DNA of 64,000 bases from Nitrospinales bacterium (GCA_965262115.1 OZ253496.1:2208001-2272000); one strand, 5' to 3'. Counted from the first letter of the stretch, positions 10,101 to 21,375 are shown. A program made the numbers and translations. Notes: generated from the sequence alone by a model not told the origin.

Positions 10101-11645
10101 ATGGCATCGAAAAAAACAAAAGAAATTTGGGAGTTTGGAGATTTTCAGACACCATGTGAACTTGCACATTTAGCGACAAAGGTTGTTAGCAAATTTGGCT
10201 TCAAACCTCTTTCTATAGTGGAGCCAACATGTGGACGTGGTGCCTTTTTGTTTGCCGCGCTTGATATATTTCATGAGGCTAAATCGTTTGTGGGTATCGA
10301 TATTAATGATTTTCACTTAGATTGTTTGCAGGAACAAATAATTAAAAAATATCCAAATGCCCCAGTAAAAATATTTAATGCTGATTTTTTTTCTTTTGAT
10401 TGGGCAAAATTCTTGGAGAATTTGCCCGAACCCTTTTTGATACTTGGGAATCCGCCTTGGGTGACAAGTTCAGAGTTGGGAATGCTTCAAAGTTCAAATA
10501 TCCCGGAGAAATCAAATTTTCAAGCAATGAATGGTCTCGAAGCTCTTACAGGAAAGAGCAATTTTGACATTTCTGAATGGATGCTTATAAAGCAGTTAGA
10601 GTGGTTAAAGAACCGAAATGGTCAGATTGCGATACTTTGCAAAACGGCTGTAGCTAGAAAAGTTCTCAATTATGCGTGGAAACACGATTATCCGCTGAGA
10701 ACCGCACGTTTTTATAAAATTGACGCAATGAAATATTTTGGCGCCTCTGTTGATGCGTGTTTTTTCTTAATGGATTGTGCTGAAGTAAATGGCAGCTTCT
10801 CTAAAAATTGTGATATTTATGAAACTCTAACTGACTCTGAACCTTCTTATGCCATTGGTTATCATGACGGCAGTGTTGTGTCAGATGAAGAGTTGTACCT
10901 AAAAAGTAAATTTTTACAGGGTGCAGATAAAAACTATATTTGGCGCTCTGGGGTTAAGCATGATTGCGCCAAGGTGATGGAATTGACACGTTCACCGGAT
11001 GGTTTTCTTAACGGTTTTGGAGAATTAACCCATTTAGAGGGGAAATATGTTTTTCCACTTTTTAAAAGCTCAGATATTGCAAACGGCCATGTCAGCAATT
11101 GCCGCAAATATGTCTTGGTCACGCAACAATTTATTGGGGAAAACACAGCGCATATAAAAAGAGATGCTCCCAAAACATGGAATTATTTGGAGCGGAACTC
11201 AACATTACTTGGCAAACGTGCTAGCTCAATTTACCGTGATCGTCCACCGTTCTCGATATTTGGTGTTGGCGATTACACTTTTACCCCATGGAAAGTAGCT
11301 ATATCAGGTTTTTACAAAAGTTTAGACTTTAAAGTAATTGGTTCTATTGAGGATAGGCCGGCAATATTTGATGACACCATATATTTTCTACCGGCTTGGT
11401 CAGAGGAAGAGGCAAGTTTTCTTGCAGAAATCTTAAATTAAAAGCTAGCTAATGAATTTTTGACTTCGATGATTTTTTGGAGTGATAAACGGCCTATTAC
11501 TATTGATTTATTGAAACGTCTCAATCTGCACACCCTTGCTCGAAAATTGGGTCGAGAAAATGAATATCAATCTTTTATTGCAATGCGCTTGATCCCACCC
11601 TCATTGGAAGACCAACCACAACAAGTCCTACCTTTTTCTATGTAG
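10101..11645 (+). pseudogene. Amino-DNA (N6-adenine-type) methyltransferase with an in-frame TAA at 11439-11441
   Basis: Motif I VEPTCGRGAF, motif IV GNPPW; frame continues EILN*KLANEFLTSMIFWSDKRPIT to 11645. Confidence 0.8.
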
Positions 11646-11681
11646 AAACAATAATTATATTGAGGCTTATTGCCTTCACGG

Positions 11682-12515
11682 CTAGTGGTGAAGTAGATAA
11701 GAGACTCTCACACCACTGGTGTAGACATCGGCCCAGTGTGAAGCTTTTTTCTGGTCGGGGGTGAGCAGGTCATGATAGGTGCAGGGCCGGGTCTGGTATT
11801 CCTTCCAGTCGATTCGGGTGTAGCTCATTCCTAACGACTGGAACCAGATTTCGAGAAGCGCCGGTGTGGGTAGAGTGATGAGGCTGAGTTCTTTGTTGCG
11901 GTGCGGAAACGAATGCGGCAGGCGATAGTCTTTCTTTTCCGGCTGGGTCAGGGCGGTGAGCATCAGTGGCAGTTTAATATTTTCTTCATCGATGGATTTA
12001 TAAACCTCTGGCGCGTCTTTCCCTTGAATGGCGGCGTAGGCGGCGGTGAAGGTGTCGAGTAGCACCGTTTCTTTCGCCACTTTCTGCATGAGTTTCAACA
12101 GTCGATAAGGCTCGACCATATAATAGAGCGTGCCGAGACAGAGCACGGTATCAAAACTCCCCTCCTCAAGATTCTCCAGATAAGCAAACGCGTCATTAAC
12201 TCTAAGGTTAAAGCTGGATCCAGGAACCTCTAATTGTCGAAACAGTTCCTGACCCCGCTCGATGGTTTTTTCTTCCGTGTCGATCCCCTGAACAAATTCG
12301 GCGCCGAGTTCGAGAGCTGCGTAGGCGAACGTTCCCATATGTGAGCCGATGTCGAGAATTCTTTTGCCCTTTATACAATCCCGATTGCGAGTCAGCAAGT
12401 GATCGATCCGGGCATTCAGGCATTCAAAGTTGTAGGGAATGGCCCAGCGGGTTTGCCGGGTTTCGGTGGTCAAAAAGGGAGAGTCTTTGCTGATGACAAC
12501 GGGAATATTTTTCAT
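11682..12515 (-). CDS. Class I SAM-dependent methyltransferase
   Basis: ILDIGSHMG, FDTVLCLGTLYY. Confidence 0.85.
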   Translation of the reverse strand: MKNIPVVISKDSPFLTTETRQTRWAIPYNFECLNARIDHLLTRNRDCIKGKRILDIGSHMGTFAYAALELGAEFVQGIDTEEKTIERGQELFRQLEVPGSSFNLRVNDAFAYLENLEEGSFDTVLCLGTLYYMVEPYRLLKLMQKVAKETVLLDTFTAAYAAIQGKDAPEVYKSIDEENIKLPLMLTALTQPEKKDYRLPHSFPHRNKELSLITLPTPALLEIWFQSLGMSYTRIDWKEYQTRPCTYHDLLTPDQKKASHWADVYTSGVRVSYLLHH

Positions 12516-12564
12516 GATTTTTTAATGGATCTAGTCTGCATATTGCCAAGAGGTTGTAAATCAC

Positions 12565-12625
12565 CCCAGCCCCTCTTTAAAAAAGAGGGGTTCATTGAGC
12601 CTCCTTCTTTTAAAGGAAGGGGACA
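12565..12625. repeat. Palindromic intergenic repeats (CCCCTCTTT-AAAAAAGAGGGG type)
   Basis: Two adjacent hairpins; a related sequence lies at 61141-61200. Confidence 0.55.
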
Positions 12626-12994
12626 ATCTTGTAAAGCACTAACTTTAAAGGGTTTAGTAGCTGCGGAGGAACTTGGGGGCGGTTTGATTATAAGTTGTTG
12701 ATTTTATTGGTTTGATCTGCTTTAATGATTTATGTTATTGAAATATTGGTCTTTATTTTTATAGTGAGGGTGTAAAAAGCGGCTGAAAAAGTTCAAATAT
12801 TCATAACTTGTTGAAATTATTACTAGTGCCTTATTTGCACCCACCACTTGCCGTGGGAGCAGACAGTAATGGCCTGTCAAGCCGAGGCCAGGGTTGCTCG
12901 CAGGGGAAAGCCAGTGCGCATTACAGGCGGAGGTTCTCCGCAAATGTAATGCTTTCGCGCTTGTTTTGTCACGGTGTTCGCCGATAATAACGCC

Positions 12995-13840
12995 CCCCCC
13001 GACCGAGCGTGAACGCGCAGGCATGACCTGATGGCGAAGCTCAATCAGGCTTACGACGGCTTGGATGAGGGGGCTATACGCGCCATCATGCTGGAGTGGG
13101 AAGCGGAAGAGCCTATCCACGAAAAGTTGGATTTGGATGAACAGTTGGTTCGGGTGGTGGGCCAGATCGCCCGGGTGCGCAAACGCTTGCATGAAATTTC
13201 CGATGAATTAGAAGACTTGACGCTGACTGAAATGTTTCAACTGAAAAAAATATCGAGTCTGCCGAGTTGGAGGGGCGTGACCTGCTTCAGGAAATCGCCA
13301 AAGGCTCAATACAACCTCGGTGTGGTCTATTTCAATGGCGTCGGGGTTCCCTGCGATCACGAGGAGGCTTTTAAATGGTTCGCCAAGGCGGCCGAAAAAG
13401 GTTCTGCTCCGGGCCAGGGTTTTCTGGGAGTGATGCATGAGAAGGGACTGGGTGTAGACCAGAATGATGAAATGAGTTTGCACTGGTACCAGAAGGCGGC
13501 GGAACAAGAAGACAGCACGGCGTAATTCAACCTTGCCAGAATGTATCATCAGGGAAAAGGTACCGGCAAGGCCGCAAAATGGTATCGGAAATCCACTCCG
13601 AAAAATGCGGAGAAAGAATGGGACAGCCCGTCAGGAAGAATGAATATTGGATGGTTGCGCCTGGCCGCCGAGCATGGCCACAGCTCAGCTCAATATTATC
13701 TCGGATTGATGTACCGCAATGGACGGGGCACCCCCGTCAACTTTGAGGAAGCCATCCACTGGCTCCGCCGTTCCGCCGAACAAGACCACTCGCCTGCTGT
13801 CGGCGCCCTGCAAAAACTTGAGCACTCCCTAAAAGGATAA
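12995..13840 (+). pseudogene. Degraded J-domain-like/coiled-coil + Sel1-repeat protein
   Basis: LMAKLNQAYD segment; Sel1 repeats AQYNLGVVYFNGVG, A*FNLARMYHQGKG (TAA 13523-13525) and AQYYLGLMYRNGRG. Confidence 0.7.
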
Positions 13841-13956
13841 GCTAAACCCGTCTGCTGTAAGGTTTATCCTTTAACGCGACTTTAGTTTGTGTTACGATTT
13901 GCATGTCTTTTTATATATGATTATCTATATACTTCAATATAAAGATTAGGGGATTT

Positions 13957-14820
13957 ATGGGTCGATACCAAAGGGGCTGGATCGGGTTGGTTTTATTTCT
14001 ATCCATTGGATCAGGGAGTCCGCCTGCAACCAACGCGGGAACAGGATTGCGGATCCAAGTCGTCGGGTCGACCACGGTTTTACCGGTAGCTTCACGAGTA
14101 GCACAAAAGTTCATGGAATCGTCATCAAGTCGGATTCTGGTCAACGCCGGAGGCTCGGGGGTGGGCATTCATTCTGTGGCCGGCGGCCGCGCTGATATTG
14201 GCATGGCTTCGCGCGCAATCTCCCAAGATGAAAAGAAACGATTTGAAAAGTCCCACCTAAAAATCTACCCGGTAGGACTCGATGCCGTGGCCTGTGTGGT
14301 CTCTTCGGAAATTTATCAGGCTGGGGTTCGGCAATTAACACCCCAACAGATTGCCGGTATATATTTAGGAAAAATCCGCAATTGGAAGGAGGTCGGGGGA
14401 CCGGATCGGCAAATTGTTGTCGTTGATAAGGAGCGACATCGGGGAACCCGCCATGTGTTCATGCAATATATTTTCGGCAACGCGTCGCAAAGAACACCGG
14501 GAACGCTTCTGGTTACCGGATCGAATAATGAAGAGCAGGCCAAGATCGCGCAAAGCGATGCTGCCATTGGCATGCTGTCCTTTGCCTGGATCAACGATGA
14601 TGTGAAAGCGGTATCGCTCTTGGATCAGGAAAAAGAAATTTTACCGACATGGGAAACAGTTCGGCGGGGAAACTATCCCATTGTTCGAAAATTGAATTTT
14701 ATAACGGCCGGGAAACCGGAAAGTGAAATTAAAGCTTTCATAGGTTTTGTCAAAGGCCCGGAAGGTCAGAAAATTGTTGAAGAGAGCGGTTACATACCGA
14801 TCGGAAATTTCCAGCCATGA
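13957..14820 (+). CDS. pstS: Phosphate ABC transporter substrate-binding protein
   Basis: GSTTVLP, GGSGVG, DIGMASR, YPIVRKL. Confidence 0.92.
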   Translation: MGRYQRGWIGLVLFLSIGSGSPPATNAGTGLRIQVVGSTTVLPVASRVAQKFMESSSSRILVNAGGSGVGIHSVAGGRADIGMASRAISQDEKKRFEKSHLKIYPVGLDAVACVVSSEIYQAGVRQLTPQQIAGIYLGKIRNWKEVGGPDRQIVVVDKERHRGTRHVFMQYIFGNASQRTPGTLLVTGSNNEEQAKIAQSDAAIGMLSFAWINDDVKAVSLLDQEKEILPTWETVRRGNYPIVRKLNFITAGKPESEIKAFIGFVKGPEGQKIVEESGYIPIGNFQP

Positions 14821-15701
14821 AAGCTGATTTCGGGCGGGGTCTTTTCGGCACTCATCATTCAGAACCGGTGGGTTGGGTTTTTGCCTCCATGAATTTTATT
14901 TTTTTCTTATGCGCCGTGGGTCTCGGTCTTTTTCTGGTTGTGGAGTCGGTTCCGATTCTGCGTTCGGAGGGATGGGGCTTCTTGCTGGGAGAAAACTGGT
15001 GGGTGGGCGAAACGCTTGGCGCCTTGCCTATGATTTGCGGTTCCCTGATCGTTACTGGCCTGGCGATATTTCTGGTATTGCCGGTGGCTCTTTCCGGCGC
15101 TTTGTTCACTTCCGAATATCTGCCGTCTTCCTTCAGGAGAAGGGTGAAAGGGATCATGGAATTGTTGGCCGGTGTGCCCGGCATTATTTACGGTCTGCTG
15201 GGTGTTTCTTTTTTGACTGTTGGGGTCAAGGATGTATTAAACCTGCTTGATGGAAACACCCTCTTCACCGCCGGTTTCCTGTTGGCGATTATGATTTTAC
15301 CGACGGTCTTGACTTTGTCGGAAGATGCCCTCCATTCGGTTCCTTCGGAATTTCGTGAAGCCGCCGAAAGCCTGGGTCTCACTAAACTGCAAATCGCCTT
15401 GTGGGTGGTTTTACCCCAATCTCTGCCGGGCATCGTGGGAGCGGTGCTGTTGGGAATAGGACGGGCGATGGGAGAAACGATTGCGGTGATGCTGGTGATT
15501 GGCAGTCTCGACCGGGTGCCCGGATTCAACCTTTTTGTTTCAGGCCAAACCATTCCTTCCAAACTGGGCCGTGAGGCGGTGGAAGCTCTGGGCAGTGGAC
15601 TGCACTGGAGCGCGCTGATGGGTTTGGGTTTGACCCTTTTTATCATGGTGGCGGTCTTAACATTTTTCGGAAACCTTTTTGTCAGGCGGAGCAGTCAGTG
15701 A
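14817..15701 (+). CDS. pstC: Phosphate ABC transporter permease
   Basis: ELLAGVPGIIYG, GRAMGETIAV. Confidence 0.92.
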   Translation: MKADFGRGLFGTHHSEPVGWVFASMNFIFFLCAVGLGLFLVVESVPILRSEGWGFLLGENWWVGETLGALPMICGSLIVTGLAIFLVLPVALSGALFTSEYLPSSFRRRVKGIMELLAGVPGIIYGLLGVSFLTVGVKDVLNLLDGNTLFTAGFLLAIMILPTVLTLSEDALHSVPSEFREAAESLGLTKLQIALWVVLPQSLPGIVGAVLLGIGRAMGETIAVMLVIGSLDRVPGFNLFVSGQTIPSKLGREAVEALGSGLHWSALMGLGLTLFIMVAVLTFFGNLFVRRSSQ

Positions 15702-16546
15702 ATGCGATAACGGCGGAGAAAATGGTGCTGGCGTTTATTGGATGTGTCACTTTTTTAATTGTGGCTCTGCTGTTTTCCATTCTCGCTATCATGTTTATCA
15801 AAGGATTGCCCGCGATGCATGGCGGGTTCCTTTTTGATGAGTCGAGAGATTTTGGGCGTGCGGGCGGTATTTTTTACCAGTCTGCAGGAACGCTGATTCT
15901 GATGGGGGTTGCGGTTTTATGGAGCTTGCCGATGGCCTTGGGGTCGGTGCTTTTCCAGACGGAATACCTTGAGTCTGGAAAATTTAAAACTTTTTTAACC
16001 CAGTTGACTTATATTCTCAATGCCACGCCGACGATTTTGTTTGGGTTGGTGGGTTATCTGTTTTTTGGGGTTTACCTGAAGGCAGGCGTTTCATGGGTGA
16101 CGGGCTCGTTAATTCTGGCGGTGATGATTCTGCCGACTTTGCAGGTGAGCATCCGTGAGGCAGTGGAAGCCTTGCCGGAAAAATACCGTGAGGCGGGGAT
16201 GGCACTGGGGCTTTCAAGACCTGCACAAATCTGGCGCATTATCCTTCCGCAGAGTTTTTATGGAATGGTGACGGGGGTTTTGTTGGGGTTGGCCCGAGCC
16301 GCCGGAGAAACAGCGGCGATTATGTTCACGGCGACCACCTTTTCCGGCATTCGATTTCCGCAATCGTTTTCTGATCCGGTCCCCACTTTGCAGACTCATA
16401 TTCTGGTTCTGGCCCAGGAAGCGGCCAACCCGGAATCTATCGCCCAAGCCTGGGGTGCTGGCCTGGTGTTGCTGGGTCTGGTATTCTTGTTGACGCTGGC
16501 GGCCTGGGCATTCAGGACCCGGATGGTTATGGAGTCGGAACTATGA
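15698..16546 (+). CDS. pstA: Phosphate ABC transporter permease
   Basis: PTILFGL, ARAAGETA. Confidence 0.92.
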   Translation: MNAITAEKMVLAFIGCVTFLIVALLFSILAIMFIKGLPAMHGGFLFDESRDFGRAGGIFYQSAGTLILMGVAVLWSLPMALGSVLFQTEYLESGKFKTFLTQLTYILNATPTILFGLVGYLFFGVYLKAGVSWVTGSLILAVMILPTLQVSIREAVEALPEKYREAGMALGLSRPAQIWRIILPQSFYGMVTGVLLGLARAAGETAAIMFTATTFSGIRFPQSFSDPVPTLQTHILVLAQEAANPESIAQAWGAGLVLLGLVFLLTLAAWAFRTRMVMESEL

Positions 16547-17286
16547 TCCAATTTAAAAATTTCTCCGCTGCTTTTGGCGAAAGAAAAATTCTTCAAGAAC
16601 TAACCTTCAGCCTGCCTGCAAACTCCATCACCAGTATTATTGGAGCATCTGGTTCGGGAAAAACCACTCTCCTGCGCGTTCTTTGCCGGATGAATGACCG
16701 CATTGAAAATTTTCGTATTGAGGGAAGCGTTTTTGTCGATGGAATGGATGTTTACCGATCCGGTACTGATGTCTATGCGTTGAGAAGAAAGGTCGGCATG
16801 ATTTTTCAAAAGCCCTGTGTGTTTCCAAAAAGCATTATAGACAATGTTATTTTTGGAGTCAGGAAGAAAATTTCCAAAAAGGATTACCCGGACGTGGCAG
16901 AGAAAGTATTGCGTGAAGTGTTTCTCTGGGAGGAAGTCAAAGACCGGCTCGGGGAGAAAGCCACCAGGCTTTCCCAGGGGCAACAACAACGGCTCACTCT
17001 GGCCCGTACGTTGGCAGTAGGGCCGGAGGTTTTGCTGATGGATGAGCCGACCTCCTCCCTGGACCCTAAATCAACCGCAGCGATTGAAAAACTGGTTCAA
17101 TCTTTAAAGAACAGACATACCATATTGTGGGTCACGCACCAGCACGATCAGGCCCAATCCATCGCCGATCAGGTTCTGGTTATTGAGAAAGGTCAGGTTC
17201 TCCCTTTAAGCGTCCCAATCGTGCGACCGGCAAAACCCGCCTCTTTCACCAGTGTCTTGCAGAACGTGCAGGGGTATCCCGAATAA
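16543..17286 (+). CDS. pstB: Phosphate ABC transporter ATPase
   Basis: GASGSGKT, VGMIFQKP, LSQGQQQR, LLMDEPTSSLDP. Confidence 0.92.
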   Translation: MIQFKNFSAAFGERKILQELTFSLPANSITSIIGASGSGKTTLLRVLCRMNDRIENFRIEGSVFVDGMDVYRSGTDVYALRRKVGMIFQKPCVFPKSIIDNVIFGVRKKISKKDYPDVAEKVLREVFLWEEVKDRLGEKATRLSQGQQQRLTLARTLAVGPEVLLMDEPTSSLDPKSTAAIEKLVQSLKNRHTILWVTHQHDQAQSIADQVLVIEKGQVLPLSVPIVRPAKPASFTSVLQNVQGYPE

Positions 17287-17360
17287 AAACTCCCCCTCTT
17301 TCAATCAGCTTTCCAACCACCTATAATTGAACCATCATGATTTTTTAATGAGGCGGGGGT

Positions 17361-18938
17361 TTGACTAAAAAGAAAACCAGAAAAAAACAGGAGTTTTCAT
17401 CCTTCACCAGCGGGGATAAGGGACTTTCAACGCTGGGGGAAAAGCTCAAGAGCAGTGATCCCGATTTGGTGGAACGGTTTGAGGCCATTCGAGGCATTGA
17501 ACTGACGGTGCCAAGGTTGGCGCAGGTCATCGAAGACCTTCTGCCTTACCCCTGGGATGATATTGAATTGTTTGAGGAGGCGATCAAACTCACGGCCCAG
17601 GGATTTTATGGGGAAGCGGTTGCAGTTTGCGTTGACGTATTGCGCCTTAGCCCCAACGCCTATCCTGCCTACCATCTTCTGGGACATATTTTCGGGGCGA
17701 TGGGGAATCCTCGGGAAGAAATTGAGCATTATCGCAAGGCCGTCCGGCTCAAACCCAATTACCCGCAAATCTATTTTGATCTGGCTACGGCCTATTGGGT
17801 TTCCGGCAAGGAAAAAAAATCGTTCGTCACCTTAAAAAAAACCATACCGATGGCGTCAGATTTTGCGGTGGCGGATTATTGGCTGACTTTCATCTTTGAC
17901 CGGTTGGGAAGAAACCGTGATATCTATCAGGTTTCTGAAAAGGATGCTGTGGTGGCGACCGAGACCTTCGCCCATATTTGCGGGCTTCTTGGCGCCGCGT
18001 TTCTGGAGTATGGCTATCATGCCTCGGCCCGCCAGGCTTTTAAGAAGGCGGTACGGGTGTATTCGGAATTTGCCGAAGGCCATTATCAGTTAGGGGCGCT
18101 TCATCTTAAAAAACTGCGGAACCCCAAACGAGCAGAAAAATATTTAGAGGTGTCAGAGCAACTTTATATTCGCCAGAATGATTTTCCAAGGGCGACTCTG
18201 GCACACCAGTTATACCGGTCTAAGGATGAGGTGCATGATAAAAACAAGGCTTCCGAAGAATGGTTGAAAGAAGGGTTGCGGCTCCAGGGGTTGGGCCGGT
18301 ATCAGGGGGCGGTGGATGCCTATCGGATGGCTCAGGGTTTTAAATCTAATTTTATTGATGCCTTCTACAATGTGGGGGTGGCTTATGGCTGTATGGAGGA
18401 AAATGGCATGGATGCCCTGCATAAGGCCGTATGGGTTTTCAAAAAGGCGATAGATATCAATCCGGAATTTATTCACTCCTATACGGCACTGGGTGCATCT
18501 TATATCAAGCAGGGCGAGTTAGAGTTAGCCATTCATGTGCTGACCCGAGCTGTGGGTGTCGACCCTGAAGACTCAAATGTTTATTATTATCTGGGAATTG
18601 CCTGCCGCATGAACACGCAAATTTCCCAGGCTGTGGATTATATGAGGCAGGCCGTAGCTCTTAAACCCCATTCGGTCCAGATGCAATTTTATTTCGGGTT
18701 GTCTCTTATGGACTTGGAACTGTTTGATGAAGCCTGTGCGACGTTTCGGGAAGTGGTGCGGATTAAACCTGATTTTGCCGAAGGGCATTTAGTGTTGGGA
18801 AAATTATATCGCGAAAAATTATCGGATCAGGACAAGTCACTGCAACATTTAAAAAAGGCCGAAAAACTTTTTGTGAAACTGGAAGATTATCAGCGGGTTG
18901 GGCAGATTCGTCAGCTTCTCATCCGCCGTTCTGCATGA
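17361..18938 (+). CDS. TPR-repeat protein
   Basis: Many TPR repeats (AYHLLG, GHYQLG, AFYNVG, SYTALG, YYYLG). Confidence 0.88.
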   Translation: MTKKKTRKKQEFSSFTSGDKGLSTLGEKLKSSDPDLVERFEAIRGIELTVPRLAQVIEDLLPYPWDDIELFEEAIKLTAQGFYGEAVAVCVDVLRLSPNAYPAYHLLGHIFGAMGNPREEIEHYRKAVRLKPNYPQIYFDLATAYWVSGKEKKSFVTLKKTIPMASDFAVADYWLTFIFDRLGRNRDIYQVSEKDAVVATETFAHICGLLGAAFLEYGYHASARQAFKKAVRVYSEFAEGHYQLGALHLKKLRNPKRAEKYLEVSEQLYIRQNDFPRATLAHQLYRSKDEVHDKNKASEEWLKEGLRLQGLGRYQGAVDAYRMAQGFKSNFIDAFYNVGVAYGCMEENGMDALHKAVWVFKKAIDINPEFIHSYTALGASYIKQGELELAIHVLTRAVGVDPEDSNVYYYLGIACRMNTQISQAVDYMRQAVALKPHSVQMQFYFGLSLMDLELFDEACATFREVVRIKPDFAEGHLVLGKLYREKLSDQDKSLQHLKKAEKLFVKLEDYQRVGQIRQLLIRRSA

Positions 18939-18941
18939 TAG

Positions 18942-20216
18942 TTGTTTATGTCTGAAAATATTTCCAGGGTAAAAATATGTTTCCTTCTGACCGGGGTTTT
19001 GTTTCTTGCCCTGACTTCGGCCAAGGCGAACTCTGCCACCAGCGCCGAGTTGAAAAACCTGACGGCTGACGAAATGTCCTTCCTGGCCCTTAAAGATTCC
19101 ATGTACTACCATTTTGATGAGTGGTTCTCCCGGTTTCAGGGAGAAATCAACCGTCTGGAGTCTGCGGTGCCTTCTCTGGAAAACCGGGTGGAGCTGATGA
19201 AGTTTCATTTCAATTATGCAGGCTTGTTAGGGGAGCTTTGTCACACGCTGGCTTTCACCAGTAAATATCAGGATGAAAAAATAGCTGCGAAATTTCTGTA
19301 TCACAGTAGGCGGGTGAAAGATATGGCCCATGATGTTCTGGACGATGCCGCCGTGACGCCGGGTCAGGAAGCACAAGCGAATTTGTTCCTGGGTGCGGCA
19401 GAAGGTTATATTGGTATCTTTGAATATGGGCAGGGCAACCTCATCCAAGCTCTAATCAATGGGTTTCAGGCCGATACCCATCTTGAAAAGGCTCTCCTTC
19501 TAAACCCCAAACTTGTTGATGCCTATTTCGGTCTGGGAATGTATCGTTATGGAAACAGCCGACTGGGAGGATTTGGCAACCTGATCATGCAGGGCGGAAG
19601 AGACCACCGTCTCGTTGGCCTGAACCATATTGAGCATGCCATTTTAAATGGCGGGGCAACGCAACCGCTGGCATTAAAAACCCTGGCATGGTTTTATATT
19701 TCTGAACAAATCAATCCGGCAAACAAGGGGCTTCCCCCTGAAAACCCTTTATCACAAAAGAAGACCCGACAAAACGCCATCGGACTGTTGATCGATTTAG
19801 AAAATCGCTATTTCAAACAACCGGTGCCTCATCCCCATTTTCAGGGTAATAAGGAACTGGCCATCATGAAAGCGCTCCAGTCTGTGCTGGATAAGGATTA
19901 TGCCAAGGCCGGTATTGAGTTTAAAAAGGTGCTGCAAATTGTTGACCATTTGCAGAACCGGGGATTCCAAATCAACCCGCAACTGACGCAATCGGTGGAG
20001 GCGGGCATCAATTTTTGTGAGTTGATGTTATTGCAGACATCGGAAGGGGAAGAAAAACGTTCCGCCTGTATAAAGGTTAACGAGCAGATGAATTTTTTAA
20101 ACGGCGGAGGCTCTATGGTCGAATACGATTCTAAAAAAATCCGCCGGGAGCTTCACGCAGTATTTTCGGAGGCTTTACAGCAAATGGCTGAAAAGTTAAA
20201 TTGTGAGCAGGGTTAA
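18942..20216 (+). CDS. Exported helical (TPR-like) hypothetical protein
   Basis: Signal peptide ending SAKA; LEKALLLNPKLVDAYFGLG. Confidence 0.8.
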   Translation: MFMSENISRVKICFLLTGVLFLALTSAKANSATSAELKNLTADEMSFLALKDSMYYHFDEWFSRFQGEINRLESAVPSLENRVELMKFHFNYAGLLGELCHTLAFTSKYQDEKIAAKFLYHSRRVKDMAHDVLDDAAVTPGQEAQANLFLGAAEGYIGIFEYGQGNLIQALINGFQADTHLEKALLLNPKLVDAYFGLGMYRYGNSRLGGFGNLIMQGGRDHRLVGLNHIEHAILNGGATQPLALKTLAWFYISEQINPANKGLPPENPLSQKKTRQNAIGLLIDLENRYFKQPVPHPHFQGNKELAIMKALQSVLDKDYAKAGIEFKKVLQIVDHLQNRGFQINPQLTQSVEAGINFCELMLLQTSEGEEKRSACIKVNEQMNFLNGGGSMVEYDSKKIRRELHAVFSEALQQMAEKLNCEQG

Positions 20217-20319
20217 CGGGTAAGGATTTGGAGTTTTCTTTTAAAGTATTTTGGAAATGGGCATTAAAAAAACCGGAACCCGAAGGAAACCAACAAGACT
20301 TCTGACAATTCGCATATCT

Positions 20320-20937
20320 TTAAAACGAATGCCTGAATCCGAGTTAAAAGTTGTGGCTATCCGCCGTGGCGGTAGCGGTATATTTGCTGCCGGTGTAGTC
20401 AATTTTATAATCCAGATCGGTCATGCCTGTGTAGCGGTAGCCAAAGATCAATTCGTTGCGGCTGTGCACTTCATAACTTATTCCGGCCAAAAATTGATAA
20501 GCGAACTCCGTTCCTTCCGCCTCTTCTTCCCAGCCGATGCCGATGCCCGCACCCAGATAGGGTGTGATCATGGTGTTGTTTTGTATATCGTAAACCAGAT
20601 TAGACATAATAATGTGGGTATTAGTTTTTTCATCCAACCTAGAGGTGGGAAGGATCAGATTCCCCAGCGTTAAATCGCCAATATCATTTTTTCTGTAGGA
20701 GTATTCAAGCTCTGCCCGCCAGCCGTTGCCGAATTTTTTACCGGAGGCCACGGAAAGCCCAAAGCCGGTATCTAACTCCAGACCTGCTTTGACGCCACCA
20801 CTCTCCAGCGTGGAATCTTCCGCAACCGCAACCATTCCCGAAAGTCTGACATAGGTAGAATTATCTTTATTCCCAGCCAAAGCCAGCGATGGGAACAGCA
20901 ACAAGGCACAAACAACGATGGATATAATCTGTTTCAT
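20320..20937 (-). pseudogene. Small outer-membrane beta-barrel (Opa/OmpW-like) with a premature TAA that removes the last strand
   Basis: Start MKQIISIV at 20937 after a GGAG RBS; WRAELEYSYR, PYLGAGIG; ends DSHNF*LGFRHSF*, with the terminal Phe after the first stop (20344-20346). Confidence 0.7.
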
Positions 20938-21019
20938 TTCTATCTCCGATAAAATTATACAGTTTTGTCTTTTATTTTTTCGTAAGTCCGCAACCCGCCC
21001 AACCCCAGCATAGCGAGCA

Positions 21020-21375
21020 ACACTCTTTTTCAGATAAATTCGCCTAATGTGTTTATCACTACTGGGCTTAAATTTCGTTTTCTGATTCTCCCATTTAGTT
21101 GCAGCCATTCTCTGTACACCCATCACACCTGCAAGCTCATCGGCTGTATAGCCAAGAGACTTCCTTCCCTGTCAGGTTTTTTGGTTTCAATGCAAGCATA
21201 AAACCAATCATTAGGTGCAAATCTTCTGAAGGTGCAAATCTTCTGAGCATGGCACCTCCCATTCCTGCTCTCCGCATTTTGAACAGGTGTAATTAGGGAT
21301 GTTAGCTAGCGTTATATTGTCTAGCCCAGATTGGGTATATTTATAGTTACCCTTTCCTTACTCTAAGCATTTCAT
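21020..21375 (-). pseudogene. MqsA/YgiT-type zinc-finger + HTH antitoxin, decayed
   Basis: AGGAG RBS, MKCLE*GKGNYKYTQSGLDNITL...CSKCGE...LTGKEV.../GYTADELAGVMGV...KWE; 17-bp tandem duplication at 21213-21246. Confidence 0.7.

Noticed and set aside
13855..13900. Pho box upstream of pstS
   Set aside because: TTAAC/TTAGT/TTACG recur at about 10-11 bp spacing but the match is too degenerate to call
20938..21126. N-terminal 63 aa of the 260-aa ORF as part of the beta-barrel protein
   Set aside because: It is the HTH tail of the decayed antitoxin; the barrel has its own RBS and signal peptide at 20937
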